Assembly (NCBI GenBank): GCA_030141605.1
Contig: JAQGDQ010000444.1
Location: 20,737-84,736 of the forward strand
DNA from: Tubiluchus corallicola
Taxonomy: Eukaryota; Animalia; Priapulida
Reading direction: 5' to 3'
Length of the DNA: 64,000 nt
Position numbers and translations under genes: made by a program. Numbering within the stretch: the stretch's first letter is position 1; every line of letters begins with the position of its first letter. Below the pieces are notes generated by a model. The model had not been told where the DNA came from. It was given only the letters and a program-made list of their open reading frames with translations, and searched no databases. Below, one piece after another: positions 1 to 12,748 of the stretch.

Positions 1-21
1 ATATATATATTAGCGTTCAAC

Positions 22-174
22 GTGATTGTAAATTATGTCAATGTTTCATTGTTCGATCTCAAACAAGAAAAAGACTTTGTAACTATTCACGTGGCATTAA
101 CTGCATGTGATAATAAGCCACATATCCTGGAACAATTTCAAGTTTTGGTAAAGTCTTTGTTTTTTGTAACATCT
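22..174 (+). pseudogene. N-terminal fragment of a GXYLT-like GT8 paralogue (cut by the window edge at 5', interrupted at 3')
   Basis: IHVALTACDNKPHILEQFQVLVKSLFFVTS aligns with IHVALTACGNKTRILEQLYVVVKSSLMVTS of the intact 9309-10472 ORF. Similarity ends at about 174 and the rest of the 22-582 ORF has no GT8 motifs. Confidence 0.7.
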
Positions 175-574
175 GAATTCAATCATTTCCATCCTTTGTT
201 CAACCAGCACCTTGATTTGTGGCTGCGTATTCACAAAACGTTCCGCCTATGTCACTCGACTCTGTTGGCGCAAGAAGATCTGAAGTCTAATTCTGTCTGG
301 CGAGATGAGCTTAATCAACTACTGAGACAACTACTTAAACTACTAAAGATTCGCAAGCCTTGGGTAATTCTCAAAGGAATAAGATTCAGCAAACATAGAT
401 TTATTTCAGATGAAAATGACTTTAATATTTTAGGTTTTTTAGCTCACCTACCCGATAAGTTCCCGCCAATTATGTTTGTGAATGTTACAATCCATGTGGA
501 CGTAATGAGAATATTTAGAGCGTGTTTAGGAAAATTAGATGCTTTCTTTGAAATGTCTGCCACCGGTTACGTAT

Positions 575-1130
575 GTTGCTAATTCTAACACAACAAGACA
601 GGATTATAGAGAACTGCAAGCATTGTGCTTAGCTAATAAGTATAATATTTCTGATGTGCTCAGTTTGCCAGCTGATACCTTTACATATGTGAGTGCATCA
701 AACTTGCTCTCAGTTAGACCACATAATTTGTACTAAAACAATGCATTTCATTGTTAGTAATATATTTTTGGATTACAATTCAACTAACTATGATCATATG
801 CCTATAGGTGCTCAGATCAATGTTGATCTTGTGCTGGCCTGTCCTGTTAATGATAGTGTTATTACAGTAGATAATTTGCTAAATACTGACAATGTAATCT
901 TTTCTAAACCTGGGCAGATATAATGTTGACTGGGATAACGCCAATGAAGGTCAGTTATCCAATTACCGGCACTGTACACATACTGCTTTACTAGGTTTAT
1001 CAAAGCCATACAGCGCTCTTCGACATATCAAAAGCGATTGACAGGGTTAACTATCTTAAACTTTTTCTAAACCTTATCAGTGCTAACCTACCAAATGCAG
1101 TAACTAGACTTTCTTATTACACGGAGCAAC
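575..1130 (+). mobile_element. Decayed, internally deleted LINE (APE endonuclease C-terminus plus RT fragment)
   Basis: TFTYVSAS..SQLDHIICT..NYDHMPI resembles the APE endonuclease C-terminal motifs. About 1018-1110 reads FDISKAIDRVNYLKLFLNLISANLPNAVTRL, closely matching FIDASKAFDRVNYLKLFLNLVNTNLPNVVIRL in the LINE at 50856-51782. Confidence 0.7.
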
Positions 1131-1682
1131 ATGGTTTTACCACTGTTTTCACAATGGTAATACAAGCGCTAATTAGGTAATTAATTGTTCAATTAATTCA
1201 CCGCGACTACGGGAGCTTTGGTTGGGTCAGAATGGCTATGGCAAAAGCGATCTCAGACCTCGCATTGTGACGTAAATCTGTATCTCCCTTGTTTGCAAGC
1301 TGGGCTTCGCAATAAACCGCTTCAGTGTGAATATGGTCCGTGTCAGGTTGGCATCAGATGTTTTTACAGGTTTGCAAAACTTTGAGGTATTTCCGGTTGG
1401 TACAAATCAATGTAAACACTATTGTAAAACTCTTGGGATAATGACGTTTTGAGATTGCATAGCCGCAATAGAAAACAATACACTATCATACTTTATTGTT
1501 TATTTAAAAATATATCAATGGGATGAACGAATGACATAACACTTAACCCGGAACCTATAACACCTGTATTCTACTTGATTTAGCGTCTTAGCAATTACCT
1601 TCAGAACTTCTTCATATGTTTTCCGAAATTCTTCATTTTATACAAGTTTATGGAATCAAGGAAATTGTGCTAGAACTTTATT

Positions 1683-2384
1683 TTGAAAAAAAAATCAGTT
1701 TGGAATCTACAAAGCTACAAACCAGGTGATGCAGTTACTCTGCTTAGAAAAGAAATCAGTTTACCTACTACAAGTTCATGGCGTAAGGACTGGACAACTA
1801 TTCCAGCCAATGCAGCCAAGCAAGGAGTGACCAATATGGACCAAGGTTCTGAGGGTTCAGACGAGGGGAAGCCGGACTATGAGCAGCATCTACATATTCC
1901 AGCTACCCCAGTACATGGAGCCACCCCAACAGCTGCAACTGGAGCAATTCCGAAGATGGTTCCAGACAAAGATCCATTGCATGGACACCAGCTGGATGTG
2001 AAGATACTGATCCAGAACCTGAAAATAAACTCACAGCACTATGGTGAGGTGTTTTTCACATGTACTACATTGTTAGACTTAGAATTTGACGAATGTATTA
2101 CTAATTATCAAAACTTTGTTGACAGATGTAATGCTGCAATTACTGATTTGAGATTTTCAACTGAAATGCTCACAGAGTTGTATGACAAGCTATCATATAT
2201 TTACTGTAGTTCAGATGATAGTTCCCATTTAGATGAACTTAAAGAATTTCTTGCTTCAAAAACTACATTGAACAGAAATTTGTCTGAACTTAGTTCTAAA
2301 ATTGAAGCGAAGATTAGGTCACTAGAAAGTACTATTCTAGAGGGGATTTTAGGAGTTACTATGATAAAACTAAACATGGACTGA
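1683..2384 (+). other. Orphan ORF with coiled-coil C-terminal half, possibly a retroelement gag N-terminus
   Basis: 233-codon open frame with a low-complexity N-terminal part and a helical C-terminal part. No diagnostic motif was recognised. Confidence 0.25.
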
Positions 2385-3069
2385 AATGGCCCAATGTTAA
2401 ATAAAACCACGCTTTAGAAACTTTAAATAAAACACATTTATATTATGTTTTAATCCTCCGTTATAGCCACTTGAATATTTTTACACGTTTCTGAAATTTG
2501 CAAATAATCGAAGAAAAATAATCTGACACGTTAAATTTAATGACAACAAATACGAAACCTAGAAGTTAAAAGCAGAATGTGTTTCCTGCTGCTCAACTGC
2601 TGTTGCTCCGACTATTTTCTGAGAAGTCACTCGCCTTAATAACCTAGAACACTGTTGTAATACAACACACAAAAGCACTTCTTAAAATGTTCTGTTACAT
2701 GTATTACTGTCTACTTTCATTAGTATGACTGTCACGACTTAGTATATTTTAAGATTATACTGTGGGCAAAGCGAGATCAAATACATCAAGAAGACGAGAA
2801 TGCTAGACACAAGCAACACTTTTCTTTTTTATAACGTGCAACAAAAACAAAATATGATGATCTTTTTGCAAAATTCTAAATTTTAAATGTCAATTTCTAT
2901 TTTTCAATGTTTTTTAATTCTTATTTTGTCACATTGGTGGACATTCAAATGAAACTAGGTCTACAAACTAGGCCCACGATTGCTTTTGTTTGTATGGCGC
3001 TTCCTTTTGCGAACGCGTTTAGAATAATGGGAAGTTATGATTTTAGTCAAATATATTCACCGTGGCGTC

Positions 3070-5808
3070 TTATTTACGAAAAATCCATTTTGGAGAACCT
3101 GCTGAACGTGTGCAATGTCTGGCTATATTCACATTGCCCTGATACCGACTCCGAATTTCACGTACAAACATCTTATAAACATGCATATTTTGATTCACTG
3201 TGTCTCCATACTTTGCTATATAGGAACTCGCGTTCATCCACATCCCTGTATGGGTAATAAACGCGTTGTCAAGTATGTGAAAATCATAATCCTGAAAACA
3301 CATTTCAAAGGTATGTTGTGTTTTGTCTCGTCCATTTCCGCGAAATCTTTCGTCATGCATGGGTTCACAATTGTTTCCTAGAAAGAAAAGCTGACGATTA
3401 AAATCGAATCAATTCAACACTAAATACATAGAAAATGCAAACCTACAACTAAGCAAAAAATGCCATCTTCAATGCTAAAATCAATGTTAAAAGTTCCACT
3501 GAAATAATAAATAATAATAATAATAATAATAATAATAATTTATGACACTGAAATTAGCAAAGTTAAAAAACATTACAAGAAGAGTAAAATTTAGGTTAGT
3601 TGTGATAGTTATGGTCGTTTTAGGCAGAGGTGTCTAAAACTGGTCCAAATAGATGTGATATGATATGATAAGTTGTACATACCGATGTAAACAGGTTCCC
3701 ATGTTGATGGAATCCACTTGGTGATGTAAAATACATTTAATGAATCATTTGAAGATATTTTAGCAGTTATCCACATTTCAAGATGTGGAATGAAATGTGA
3801 CATAGGTGCGACATTCTGCAAAAAATCAAACTATTCAAGCAAGTTGTTTGAAAAGGGCAAGGTGTGAAAAACAAAAGTCTAAGAAAAAAGACCATATTAC
3901 TTGGAACGTTTATGAAGGGGTTTGGGCAACATTTCATATATATTCCATTCTTGTTGCTTTGATCCACTGAGTGTGCTGTTCTAGGTAATCACTAAAATGC
4001 AAGGTCTAAGGCACATTACTATTGTAGCAATTTGATTTTGTACGATTATTATAATTACTTTGTAGCAAGGTAGCTTGCTCCTTAAACTAAGCTGTAGAAT
4101 TCCGTAGTTCACAAGTTGACAGTGTCTCGTATGCTGCAAAAACGGCAGTAAAATCTTTTTATGCGCTCACTAAGAGTAGGCCTAAACAGCATCACCACTA
4201 AAGCATATATATATATATATATATATATTGTTCCGGGGTTCGACCCGCTAGATAGCCTTACGTGCACGTGCAACAACAACGACACAAAAAACTTTTTAAT
4301 GCATTAAATTAAAAAATAAGCTATTGCACATTTTATGGAACTCTGGTGGTGGTGTTTCATCTGCGAGTGAAACACACATGCCAAAAATGTCAAAAAGTGA
4401 ACAAAATAAAAGTAAGAGATGGTTTTTTCCTCTCTTATAATACTGTGAAATGTGTCAAATTCTAATAATGATTCAGTCACACACAAATAATGTGAAACAG
4501 AAAGTGAGAAATGTAAATTTAAATATATTTAAGATCAATTAATTTCATCAAAACAACTCAATTGATACACTCTCGTGGAATTGAGTTCAATTTAAAATTA
4601 AATTAACAAAACATCATTAACTAGTAAACTAATATTTTTTAACAAACAGTGACAAGTTTTCACATTGAACCAGAGGCAACCTCTCTAATCATCACCAATT
4701 ATACTAAACTTCAAATCAATTGTATAAATACTTTAGGGTTATTTCTACTCAAGTGAGGTTAAAAGAATAAAGGAGTGGCAAAGAGAATGTGTGACTGAAA
4801 ATTTTTCTCTAAAAATAAAGTAGTTAGAGAACTCACCTTGCGAAACTGAATTGCATGCCCATTTCTTATTAATTTTACTAAGTTATCTTTGTTATCTGGA
4901 ACTGGATGACCTTCAGAAATCTCAAAACTTGGAATAACATAAGCATTTTTCCTTTCAGTACTACCATTGTGCCTATTTTCATCCATCATGCGCAGGAAAT
5001 TTTCCATAAGGTTAATAGAAAGTTTAAATTCGATGTCTAGAAGCAAGACGTAGCTAGTATAAACAGCAATGCGGGCTGCATTTCTTCCTACATTTATAGG
5101 ATAAGTACCATAGCGAGAATTGTTAGAATCGCCTGGAAGTGGCTGATAAAGATCAGAACAAGGTTTTCCATGACTATTAAATCTTCCTGATGTGTACGGT
5201 GGCGCATTTTCTGGGAAAAATAAAGAAATTGTCACTCTGTCCGAAAATTTGCGATTGCATTTTCGAGCTAGCGACACGTAGTCGATAATAACGTCGTAGT
5301 TATCCCCTGGTGTAAACAAAGCTGCTGATATTGGCCCATTATGTCTTTCTACTAGATCTATTAAATGATGGACGTACTGCTTGGAACCTTGAGTTGCAAT
5401 CGTGATTGCTTTTTTGTTTGGAAACTTCGTATTTGCTTCGACAAAATTAACAATTTTAATATAAGTCAAATTCTTCCTAGTTACGATATCGTAGAACTGA
5501 GTCTTTATAAGGTAAGGCATTCTTTTTTTGGTCCTGTTTGCTTCTTGGTTCATTTCGCCAGCATCACACAAGGTGTTAAGTGATTGTACTTTAAGAAAGC
5601 CTTCCAAATCTATGTAATAATGCGAGTTTTCTCGGACGTCTTTAAAATATTGAATAGGCCTTGCACATCCAATTGTAAACGTTCCATTGTATAATCCAAC
5701 ATCAGTTGCAACAAAAATTAGCAAACATAAAATTAACTTCTTTCTTTTCCTCAAACGGTAGTTGTTGTGCAGGTACAGATGTGGTACATTAGCGTTATCT
5801 GGTCGCAT
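3070..5808 (-). CDS. B4GAT1: Beta-1,4-glucuronyltransferase 1-like GT49 protein, copy A; 3 coding exons, about 470 aa
   Basis: Exons 5808-4837 (AAG|GTGAGT, phase 0), 3815-3683 (TTGCAG|, G|GTATGT, phase 1) and 3377-3070 (TTCTAG|) splice in frame. Basic N-terminal tail plus TM (RKRKKLILCLLIFVA). GT49 motifs: ITIATQ, HNGPISAALF, YPINVGRNAAR, LLLDIE, YVIPSFE, WEPVYIG, HDERF, FHILDNAFITH. Confidence 0.9.
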
Positions 5809-8800
5809 TGTGCAAGATATGATGAGAATGAATTAGAGCCTTAAAATGTAAAATAAACAGCACAAAAATAACTGTCTTATGTTTCATCAATTCTCAGTAA
5901 GTAGGCGCATAACTAAAATTTACACTTGAAACTAATTCCGTATCCACAAGTCTATTTCTAACAGTCTAACAAGCATTAAATAGGCCAACGATTTCATCGG
6001 CAGACAGCTGACAAAATACAAGTTGCTCGAGTACGAGTTTTGTGAATAGTGTCATAGTGCACATTCACTTGATGATATTTTTGCTATAAGAAAATGTTCC
6101 TGAATCTTTCTTTATTTCTTTCTTTCTTCCTTATCTTCTTTCTTTATTATTTTATTTATTCTCCGTAAGTAAATTTCGCTTAATATCTCGTTATTCTTTA
6201 ACCGTCTAAATTAGGGACACGAAACTCGCGGGTTTCGTAGCCCTGGGCGCAGGTACTGTCAAGATATGTGCTATAGAAAGGTAGTAATAACCTTATACAG
6301 TATTCGACCAAAAGTGCAGGTTTTTGCATGTGTGTGCAGCCGCGTATGGGCAGATAAGCGTTTAGTCCAGGCGTCAGCATATAGTAAAGTTTACCTTATT
6401 TCTGATAGTGGGTTGTGCCAGTGTAGCAAACATATTATCTTGCGTGTGGGTAGCCGTTTCACCATTGACACCAAATTCCATGAGCGACCCTTTTTAAAAA
6501 TTCAATGCCTGGACACAGTGGCTTTTTGTGTAACTTTAACTCTTTTAATTTTTTTGATCAGTTTTTGGGTTTTCTTTTGCTTTCTTTCAATTATTCATAA
6601 TTCTCTCTATTGCAGTTTTATTCTTCTGTCCACTTTTTAATTTTGCAAGCTCACCATGCATTTTTGCAAGTACAATTAAAATTAGAGGGAAAGTTAAATC
6701 ATTGAATATTGTTACTTACTGGAGTCTACAGAATTAATGGCAGCCCTGAAAATCAATAGAAACATACTAGTCTGAAGTTTTGCTGTAACTCTGACCGAGA
6801 CCAGTAGTGGAAATATACCTTTTTAACCTCCTTTTTTTAACTGATCTATGGCTGGAGTTCTCATCATCCCACAGCTCACCAATAGCGTTTGCAGAACATT
6901 TTTAGCAACCATGCATACCTTAGTAGTTCGGTCATTTGGCGGAAAATTTACAAATTTTCGCTCTTTTTAGCTGCAAAGATAGGCTTGATATCATACTCAA
7001 TTCATTTTTGCAAATGCAGTTTTTGTTGTCGACTTAGTTTTACAACACATTCTGTGGTAAGAAAGTAATGTGGAAATGGTGTTTAAGGTGTTTTTTTCTG
7101 TAAATAAAGTCAATGATAGTCATTGTATCTCTTTGTTACCGTTTATGTCGCATGAGCAGGCATAATCTCACTCATCTGTTTGTTATTATAGTGAGAAGAT
7201 TTATTTGTTATCAAAGTGAGATAATGAAAATAAACTTTGGGCTAACTCTAAACACTATGGGCAAGACAGTGCCAATTTACCTCTTGAAATATTGAAATCG
7301 GAAAGCTGAGACATTTTCGAATTATTGAAGATTTAGCGTTTGGAAGCAATACTATGGTTTGCAATACTGTAATTGCCACTGCAAATAAAATCGATGATTA
7401 CTCATCATATCTCTTTGTTATTGTTTATTCTGAAGAGGCAGAAGGAATCTCTCTCGCCCTAACGCTGTCCCGTATATCTGCACTATAAAGGCCTGCAAAA
7501 TATTTAGTTTATTTACCAAAAATTTACTTTTCACTGCCACGCCGCCGACTGAATTATTGCGTTTTCACTCTGCACTGTTTTCGAAAACAGTTCATACTAG
7601 CGCATCCACAAACACGGGAGGGGAGTGACGCAGGGGCGTTTCACATAGCGGGAAATAATTGCAAAAGCTCTGCATACTGTGAAACGGAAGTATACTGTGT
7701 AGGTAACTCATTTTCCAGCCAACGAGAGATTCATTTCAGACATCTCTGGTACATTTTTGTCAAATCAGAAGCAGCAAATCTATTCCTACATTTCTCAAAG
7801 GCTCGAAGTTGTTTCCTCGTCAGTTAGTAAAGCTAAACTGCTCATCCAATATTTTAGTAAGAATTCTAATGTCAAAGGTGATGGACTTCAGTATATCCAC
7901 CCCAAATCGATTCTTTCATTTCTGATCTGTGCAACAACCTCAACAACGGACCCAAAAAAAGAGGCTCTTATCCAAGTAAAATAATCAATATCAGCACTGC
8001 AGCTTCTGCTTTCTGAAATTGACATCACATACCCTGCATTACCACAAGGTACTCTACTAGGGAATTTATTATTTTGTTTATATGTTGGGTTTATATATAT
8101 AATAATGGGAATACTGGGGAAGAAGCAGTTCTATTGATATTTTAAGAAGCCATGTCTCACACAAAAATATGTAGAAAAGAAACGTCAACTCGATGTGTCT
8201 GTGATAACTAAATGTAGATTAACTGTAATGGCGTGTCTGTACTTGAAATAAGACAGTTGTCCCAAAATGTGTCGTCTTAAGGAAAGCGTCCAGTACACGC
8301 AACTCTCATGTCAGAACATAGCTCAACAAACTATTTTTGAAAATTGGGAAAGGGTTTGATACTTCACACAATGTACGCTTAACGACAGTTTGCTTTTCTG
8401 AAAATATAGTGCTTACAGCAAACAAGAGGTATTGAATTTAGTGGTGAAAGAAGAAGAGCAGCGAAAGCTACAACACATTTACTGTACTACGAGCTAGCGA
8501 ATAAACCCAAATTTATTCATGTTTTTGCAAATACATTAAGACTGCCCCTGGGCAAATATGACAGAACAATAGAAGCCAGTGTCTTTCGCTTGTTGTTAGG
8601 TAGAGGATGCAGATTTTTCAAACACATGTTAGGATCAATAGAAGACGATAACTGTGCTCTAATGTTCAATTACTGGAACATCTGATTTTTGATTTCTCCT
8701 TTAATAGATTATGAACTTAGGACCGCTCTAGACATTAAAAGTCGACAGTATTAATGAAAAAAAATGTACAGAATATGGGACAAAAATATTTTGAAAATGT

Positions 8801-9308
8801 ATATTAAAGTAATGATCATTTTTTTGGCAATAAGTTGGTCGTTTCGAGATTTTAATAACCATTATTGGTAAAAACAGAACCAGCAATTTGATATGTATAA
8901 TAACAGCGATCAAAAAGTGAAACGTTGTCACACAATCTACTTTATATATGTATAACTTGCATAAGTTTAATATAAGTAACCCAATTCCGTAGTCCTAACA
9001 TTAATGTTTAAATAGTCAGGTGACAAAGTCAGATCTTCTCTTCGCTTCACTTCATTGCGGAGTACACATATTCATTCAGCATCGTCTAAAAGCATCCAAA
9101 AAACAAAATCACGAGACTGCTGTAGTGCAACACGATCAGACGTCTCTAATACGTGCTGCAAAACCTTTGTTGACAGTGAGTTGAGAAAGAGAAGCAATAA
9201 TCATTTAATGCGATTATGGTCTTTCTATATGCATGTGCGCGTGTATGGAACAAACATTGAGAGACACCGTGCAATATAATTGATATTTAATACTTAATTC
9301 CAGTTAGC

Positions 9309-10472
9309 ATGAGATTCACTAAACTTCTCCTGATGTTCCTTCTAACTTTTGCGTTTATGGTGGCGTGTAATAATTTTGTAATATTTCTCTGTGTTCTCTT
9401 GAAACCTAACCAAGATTTAGCTAGAAAACAAAACTGGATTTCGCTGAGTCGTCAAAAAGAAATACATGTGGCTTTGACAGCTTGCGGTAACAAGACGCGA
9501 ATTCTAGAGCAATTGTATGTCGTAGTCAAATCTTCTCTTATGGTGACGTCTAGTTTAATTCACTTTCATATTTTTGTAGACACCGATAATACAAAACAGA
9601 TAGCGACTACAATAATGAACAAACTAAGAAAAACAAAATTATTTGCAACGAGTTTTCACCGTCCCTGGTATCCCCCAAGCGAAAATTATACATTGTGGCT
9701 GAATCCAGGAGAGAAGCGTTGTAATACTGCATGGCTTTTCTTACCAGACGTTTTACAAAATGTAAACGAAATTGTAGCCATTGACTTGGACGTTATTGTT
9801 ATGAAGCCTTTAGAAATACTTTGGCATCATTTTAAACACATGTCGCTCTCTCAAATGATGGGGCTAACGTTTGATTTTTCTGGACCGCATACAATTCATT
9901 TACAATACCGTTATCAGCAACACCGTCAACAGAAAAAAACTGTCTCATTTCTGAAACTTCGAAAGGGTCTGAACTCTGGAGTGGTTTTGATGGATTTGGA
10001 AAAAATGCGTAGATCAAACTGGAAAATGGAGATTCTCCAAATATTTGAATTTACTAGCAATTGTTCACCTGGCAAAAAACTTTTCAACCTATGCCTAATT
10101 CCACAAAACACCTGCAATGTATATTTTCATGAGAATCCCGAAAGACTGTATTTTCTTTCGTGTGACTGGAACTTCTGGTGGGGACATGGATTCGCAAAGG
10201 GATTTTGTGAGGCAGCTCGTCTTTATGGTATAGGAATTTTGCACGGAGCTGGCGGTAATTTCTATAAAAAAGAGAAGAGGTGTAAATGGATATTTTCCTC
10301 TGTATTTCACTTGTATAAACTTTTACATGTAACTGAAACAAAATCTGCAGTGATCCAAAAACTAAAGAAACTTCGGGATCAAACATCACTGCAGGTCGAA
10401 GAATCGGAACAAACTTTTGCACAATGCATGGCTGTTATTGATTTGTTACTTTTATCTTTGACTGCCTATTGA
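9309..10472 (+). CDS. Glucoside xylosyltransferase (GXYLT)-like GT8 protein, single coding exon, 387 aa
   Basis: N-terminal signal anchor. Motifs WLFLPDVL, AIDLD (DXD), KPLEILW, GLNSGVVLMDLEKMR, NVYFHENPERLYFLSCDWNF and GILHG match the GXYLT/XXYLT branch of GT8. A splice acceptor TTCCAG lies 5 nt before the ATG. Confidence 0.88.
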   Translation: MRFTKLLLMFLLTFAFMVACNNFVIFLCVLLKPNQDLARKQNWISLSRQKEIHVALTACGNKTRILEQLYVVVKSSLMVTSSLIHFHIFVDTDNTKQIATTIMNKLRKTKLFATSFHRPWYPPSENYTLWLNPGEKRCNTAWLFLPDVLQNVNEIVAIDLDVIVMKPLEILWHHFKHMSLSQMMGLTFDFSGPHTIHLQYRYQQHRQQKKTVSFLKLRKGLNSGVVLMDLEKMRRSNWKMEILQIFEFTSNCSPGKKLFNLCLIPQNTCNVYFHENPERLYFLSCDWNFWWGHGFAKGFCEAARLYGIGILHGAGGNFYKKEKRCKWIFSSVFHLYKLLHVTETKSAVIQKLKKLRDQTSLQVEESEQTFAQCMAVIDLLLLSLTAY

Positions 10473-12514
10473 ACCTCTCCAATGGGTAATCACCCCTAAG
10501 CCCTATACTTTATATCAAGTATAAAGGTGCAAAATTTTATTGTTTTAGAGCAACAGACGTATAAAATTATTATGCACCTGGTGATGCTGATACACACACA
10601 TATATGCATTGTATATCCCAGCGAACTTTCGCCTTGATTTTTGTATCGCTGCTTTCTTTGCTTGTACACTATCTCATGCGAAAACATATGATCGTTGACA
10701 TCGTCATTTTTGTTATTTATGTTATTTGACAGATTGTTTAATATTGTCGCTTACTGTACTACGTGCGCCTCGCGATTGTTTGTAATTAATATAAAGATTA
10801 GTACGAGAAGCTAATGTGCTATGCTGTGCTAAAAGGCCCGCCAGCGTTTGTACTTTCTGAAACAACTCAAACCATTTAACATTGCCACTGCTGTGATGGA
10901 GAGTTTGTAATTTGTAAATTATATTGTAAAACCTGGTTCTTAAATACATTTGTATTTTCTTGATGCCTTAGCTAATAAAATTGGGGGTGGGGAGGCAGTA
11001 AGTAAAACTCAGTCTTGTATTTTTCTTTAATTCCCAAATTCTCTGTACGAGATGCACAGGAATCTGTTCTCGAGTCAAAACAAACTTTTTTCTTGGGCAC
11101 ATTTTTGCTAAGCAATTTTGTAGCACAGTGTCTGCAACACAAAATGTTTCCACCATGATCTAAACTATTTCAAATTTCTTTCAATTTATGATATACTCAA
11201 ATAAGGCTAAGAGACAATTTATTCACAACAATAATGTTGAAATCTAAGTTTATTAATTTGACAGCAAATTTTCTGTGTAATTTTTGTTCAAATTTCTCCA
11301 ATTTTGTTCAAATTACATCCCTGCAAATTTTATGTATTTTCTCTTCTTTAGAAAATAAAGTCCACAGTAAACGCCTTATGCGAGGAACTTTTGTGTTTGC
11401 TGTGTTTACAGTGGGTGTCGTCAGGTTAGGTCATTAGGTTTCCGATTAGGTCATAACTACTCCTATTTTTTCAGTTTTCACAATTTTCTGACTAGTTTTT
11501 ACGTATATTTACGTAGACGTGCAATTGTGCACTTGGCGGCTTTCAAACGCTGGAAAGTTTTAAGCGTCTGAGTTGGTGCCAATAGAAAAATCGGGGAAAA
11601 TGCAGAGGGTTGGAGACATAAATCTTACCATGCACAATGCTTAATGGACTATTTCAAACTAGTGAGTTTTCCTGACAGACTTTTCTCTCTAGCAGCAAGC
11701 TCGCAAGTGTGAACTGCTTTGCGTGTTGCTGTCGGTAAGAAATTCTAAACTCTCCGACAGTTACTGTGAGTTTATTTCCTGCGAGCTACTAGCTAGTGTG
11801 AACACCTGGGCGAGTTACTTAGTGCACGTCTTGCAGTGAATAGAGAATAGAGTGTTAGTTCGCGATTACTGTCAGAGAGTATCTCGCACCAAGTACAGCG
11901 AACATGTAATAGGGATTTAAGTACACTACTAGGAAATTTACATTTTTGCTTATATTTTAATAACATTTCAAACGTGATAGAATACCCACACATTACATGA
12001 ACACAGACGACACCACAATTTATTTACCTCATGACAACATATAGGTTGCAAAACTGTATCTAGAAAAAGACGTACAAAGCATTAACATGGCATTTACCAT
12101 CTAAAAATGAATAGTAGTAAAGCCAAATTTGTTATATTATCTCCCACTAACCATTGTGACGATGTGCCATCAGAAGTTCTTGGGAATCAAAGTAGACAAC
12201 TTATCACACTATGGACAATTTGAAAACCTCTATACAAAAATGGCAGCCAGCACTACACATGTACGGCAACTAAGTGGCCAACTATCAAATTTATAAAAGT
12301 ACTAATATACAAAACACTGGTCTTAAGACATTTTCTATATGGTTGTGCGCTCTTCCAAAAAAAACAAAAGAGAAAATTATGTAAAAATAAATAAGTTACA
12401 AAACTATACACCAAGATTAAAATCAGGTCCGTCACACGAGTCATCAATACAAGCCAAACAAAAGTATGCGAATTCTGTAACTAACTTAAAGGAAAAACTG
12501 ATGATTGTGTAAAC

Positions 12515-12748
12515 AATCCAGCAAAACTACTCCAGAATTCAAACCTTTTTGTGGCATAAGAAAAGTTTCCAATTTTTGTTGCTCACTATTACTTTGGTTG
12601 TTATAATAAGCACGCATCCGAGCAGTATGTGGTCCAGAAAAGTCAAATGTTAGGCCCATCATTTGAGACTTGGACATGAAGTCAAAATGACGCCAAAGCA
12701 TTTCGAAGGGTTTCACAACTATAGTATCCATATCTAATGCTAAAATCT
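12515..12748 (-). pseudogene. Internal fragment of a second GXYLT-like paralogue
   Basis: ILALDMDTIVVKPFEMLWRHFDFMSKSQMMGLTFDFSGPH...KGLNSGVVLLD closely matches the 9309 ORF. It is truncated at both ends and fused at its 5' side to gypsy pol sequence. Confidence 0.85.

Noticed and set aside
175-582. Remainder of the 186-aa ORF as a full GT8 gene
   Set aside because: It has no GT8 motifs after about residue 51. It is read-through into unrelated, probably TE-derived sequence.
4759-4836. C-terminal tails of the ORF-track proteins 4759-5808 and 60606-61694
   Set aside because: These are intron read-through. Canonical donors at 4836 and 60698 splice to downstream exons that carry the remaining GT49 motifs.
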